DNA of 64,000 nucleotides from Selenomonadaceae bacterium (lineage in GTDB: Bacteria; Bacillota; Clostridia; Oscillospirales; CAG-272), in NCBI GenBank assembly GCA_963598415.1, contig CAVBUH010000030.1, positions 38,850 through 102,849 of the forward strand, written 5' to 3'. The translations under genes and the position numbers were made by a program. Positions 63,165 through 64,000 of this stretch are shown piece after piece (within the stretch, counting starts at the first letter, position 1; the number at the start of each line of letters is the position of its first letter). A model generated the notes under the pieces. That model made no database searches. It was not told the origin of the DNA and saw nothing but the letters and a program-made list of their open reading frames with translations.

Positions 63165-64000
63165 CGCTCAGTATCGGTTTGAGGTAATCGAGGGATTCAG
63201 TCCACGATAGTGTTGCGCTCATACCGAAATATTTGCTTGGAAGATAGGTGATGTTTCCGTTTTTTATAGCATCAAAATAACACCAAGAAACATCTTCCTT
63301 AAATTCTTTCTCCATAAAGGAGAAAGCCTCTGCTTCGGCGTAGTGGGCAAATACCATAATCCGGTTCGGATTTCTGCTTACAATATCTTCGGGATTGATA
63401 TTGACAAATCCGTTTTCATCGCCTTTGTAATCTGAACCGTAAACATTATTACCGCCGGCCAATTTAACAAGATTTCCTACATAGGAGTTTTCGGTGGCCA
63501 CGAGATAAAATCCGTCGGGGAATGCCATTAAGAGCAAAACATTTTCTCCTCCTGTTACAGCCGTTTTGTACGACTTCATATAGCTTGCATATTCTTCATT
63601 CAAAGCCTTTGCACGGTCTTCGCAATTCAGCAGTTCGCCAAGAGAGGTAATCGCCTTATACATTCCTTCTACGCTGGAAAGATCCAGAAAAGCAGAGGTG
63701 ATGCCTGCCGTTTTGTAACTTTCCGCAAGGCTTGCTTCTAAAGTTTGGGGCGATAGAACCAAATCGGGATTCAGTTTTTTTATGATTTCAAGGTCGGGAT
63801 TCATAGGAGCGCCAACTGTCGGAAGCTCTTTATATTCCTCAGGAAGTTTTCCGGAGGTTTCCGGCACTCCGATTACGTTTTTATATCCAAGTTCGTGTAA
63901 TATCTCGCAGATTGCTACCGAAGTTGAAACAATCGTCATTTCATCTGAATTGCTTTTTGGAGGCGCATTATGAGGGGACGAAGCACATCCACCGAAAACA
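63157..64000 (-). CDS. ABC transporter substrate-binding lipoprotein (periplasmic binding protein family), N-terminus beyond window
   Basis: The frame stays open past the ORF-track ATG at 63939 to the window edge (...VFGGCASSPHNAPPKSNSDEMTIV...), showing lipobox FGGC. NPDLVLSPQ is typical of the family. Confidence 0.8.
   Translation of the reverse strand, partial: VFGGCASSPHNAPPKSNSDEMTIVSTSVAICEILHELGYKNVIGVPETSGKLPEEYKELPTVGAPMNPDLEIIKKLNPDLVLSPQTLEASLAESYKTAGITSAFLDLSSVEGMYKAITSLGELLNCEDRAKALNEEYASYMKSYKTAVTGGENVLLLMAFPDGFYLVATENSYVGNLVKLAGGNNVYGSDYKGDENGFVNINPEDIVSRNPNRIMVFAHYAEAEAFSFMEKEFKEDVSWCYFDAIKNGNITYLPSKYFGMSATLSWTESLDYLKPILSGE

Overview
The gene content points to a Firmicutes/Clostridia-type chromosome: hprK, luxS-mtnN, darA-holB-ricT synteny, rpoB-rpoC, glnS and gltX, Fur and amidase. 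I call about 50 protein genes and one tRNA-Ser(UGA). The first ~51 kb is mostly housekeeping. It begins with a 2-oxoacid dehydrogenase E1ab/E2 set translationally coupled to a LarA-family racemase, followed by rpsT, rpoBC, hprK, an Lhr-like helicase, luxS/mtnN, the holB region, acpP, glnS/gltX, rarA, comM and a GldG/DUF4340 ABC export cluster. The intergenic regions there are unusually long (0.5-1.25 kb) and hold at least seven families of short (55-190 bp), hairpin-rich, MITE/REP-like dispersed repeats. The last ~12 kb starts at tRNA-Ser and looks like a decayed integrative island. It has att-like copies of the tRNA 3' end, an integrase C-terminal remnant, a RepA-like ATPase and an excisionase-like HTH. 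It also carries a barnase/barstar cassette bracketed by 125-bp direct repeats, a LexA-like repressor, and a two-gene cassette (HTH-P-loop-nuclease-like protein plus a 402-aa unknown) that I cannot assign to any named system. An iron/heme-type ABC uptake cluster follows. That two-gene cassette is my best candidate for an undescribed (defence-like) system. Its function is inferred from context only. All calls come from reading the sequence and recalled family motifs. No database search was run.
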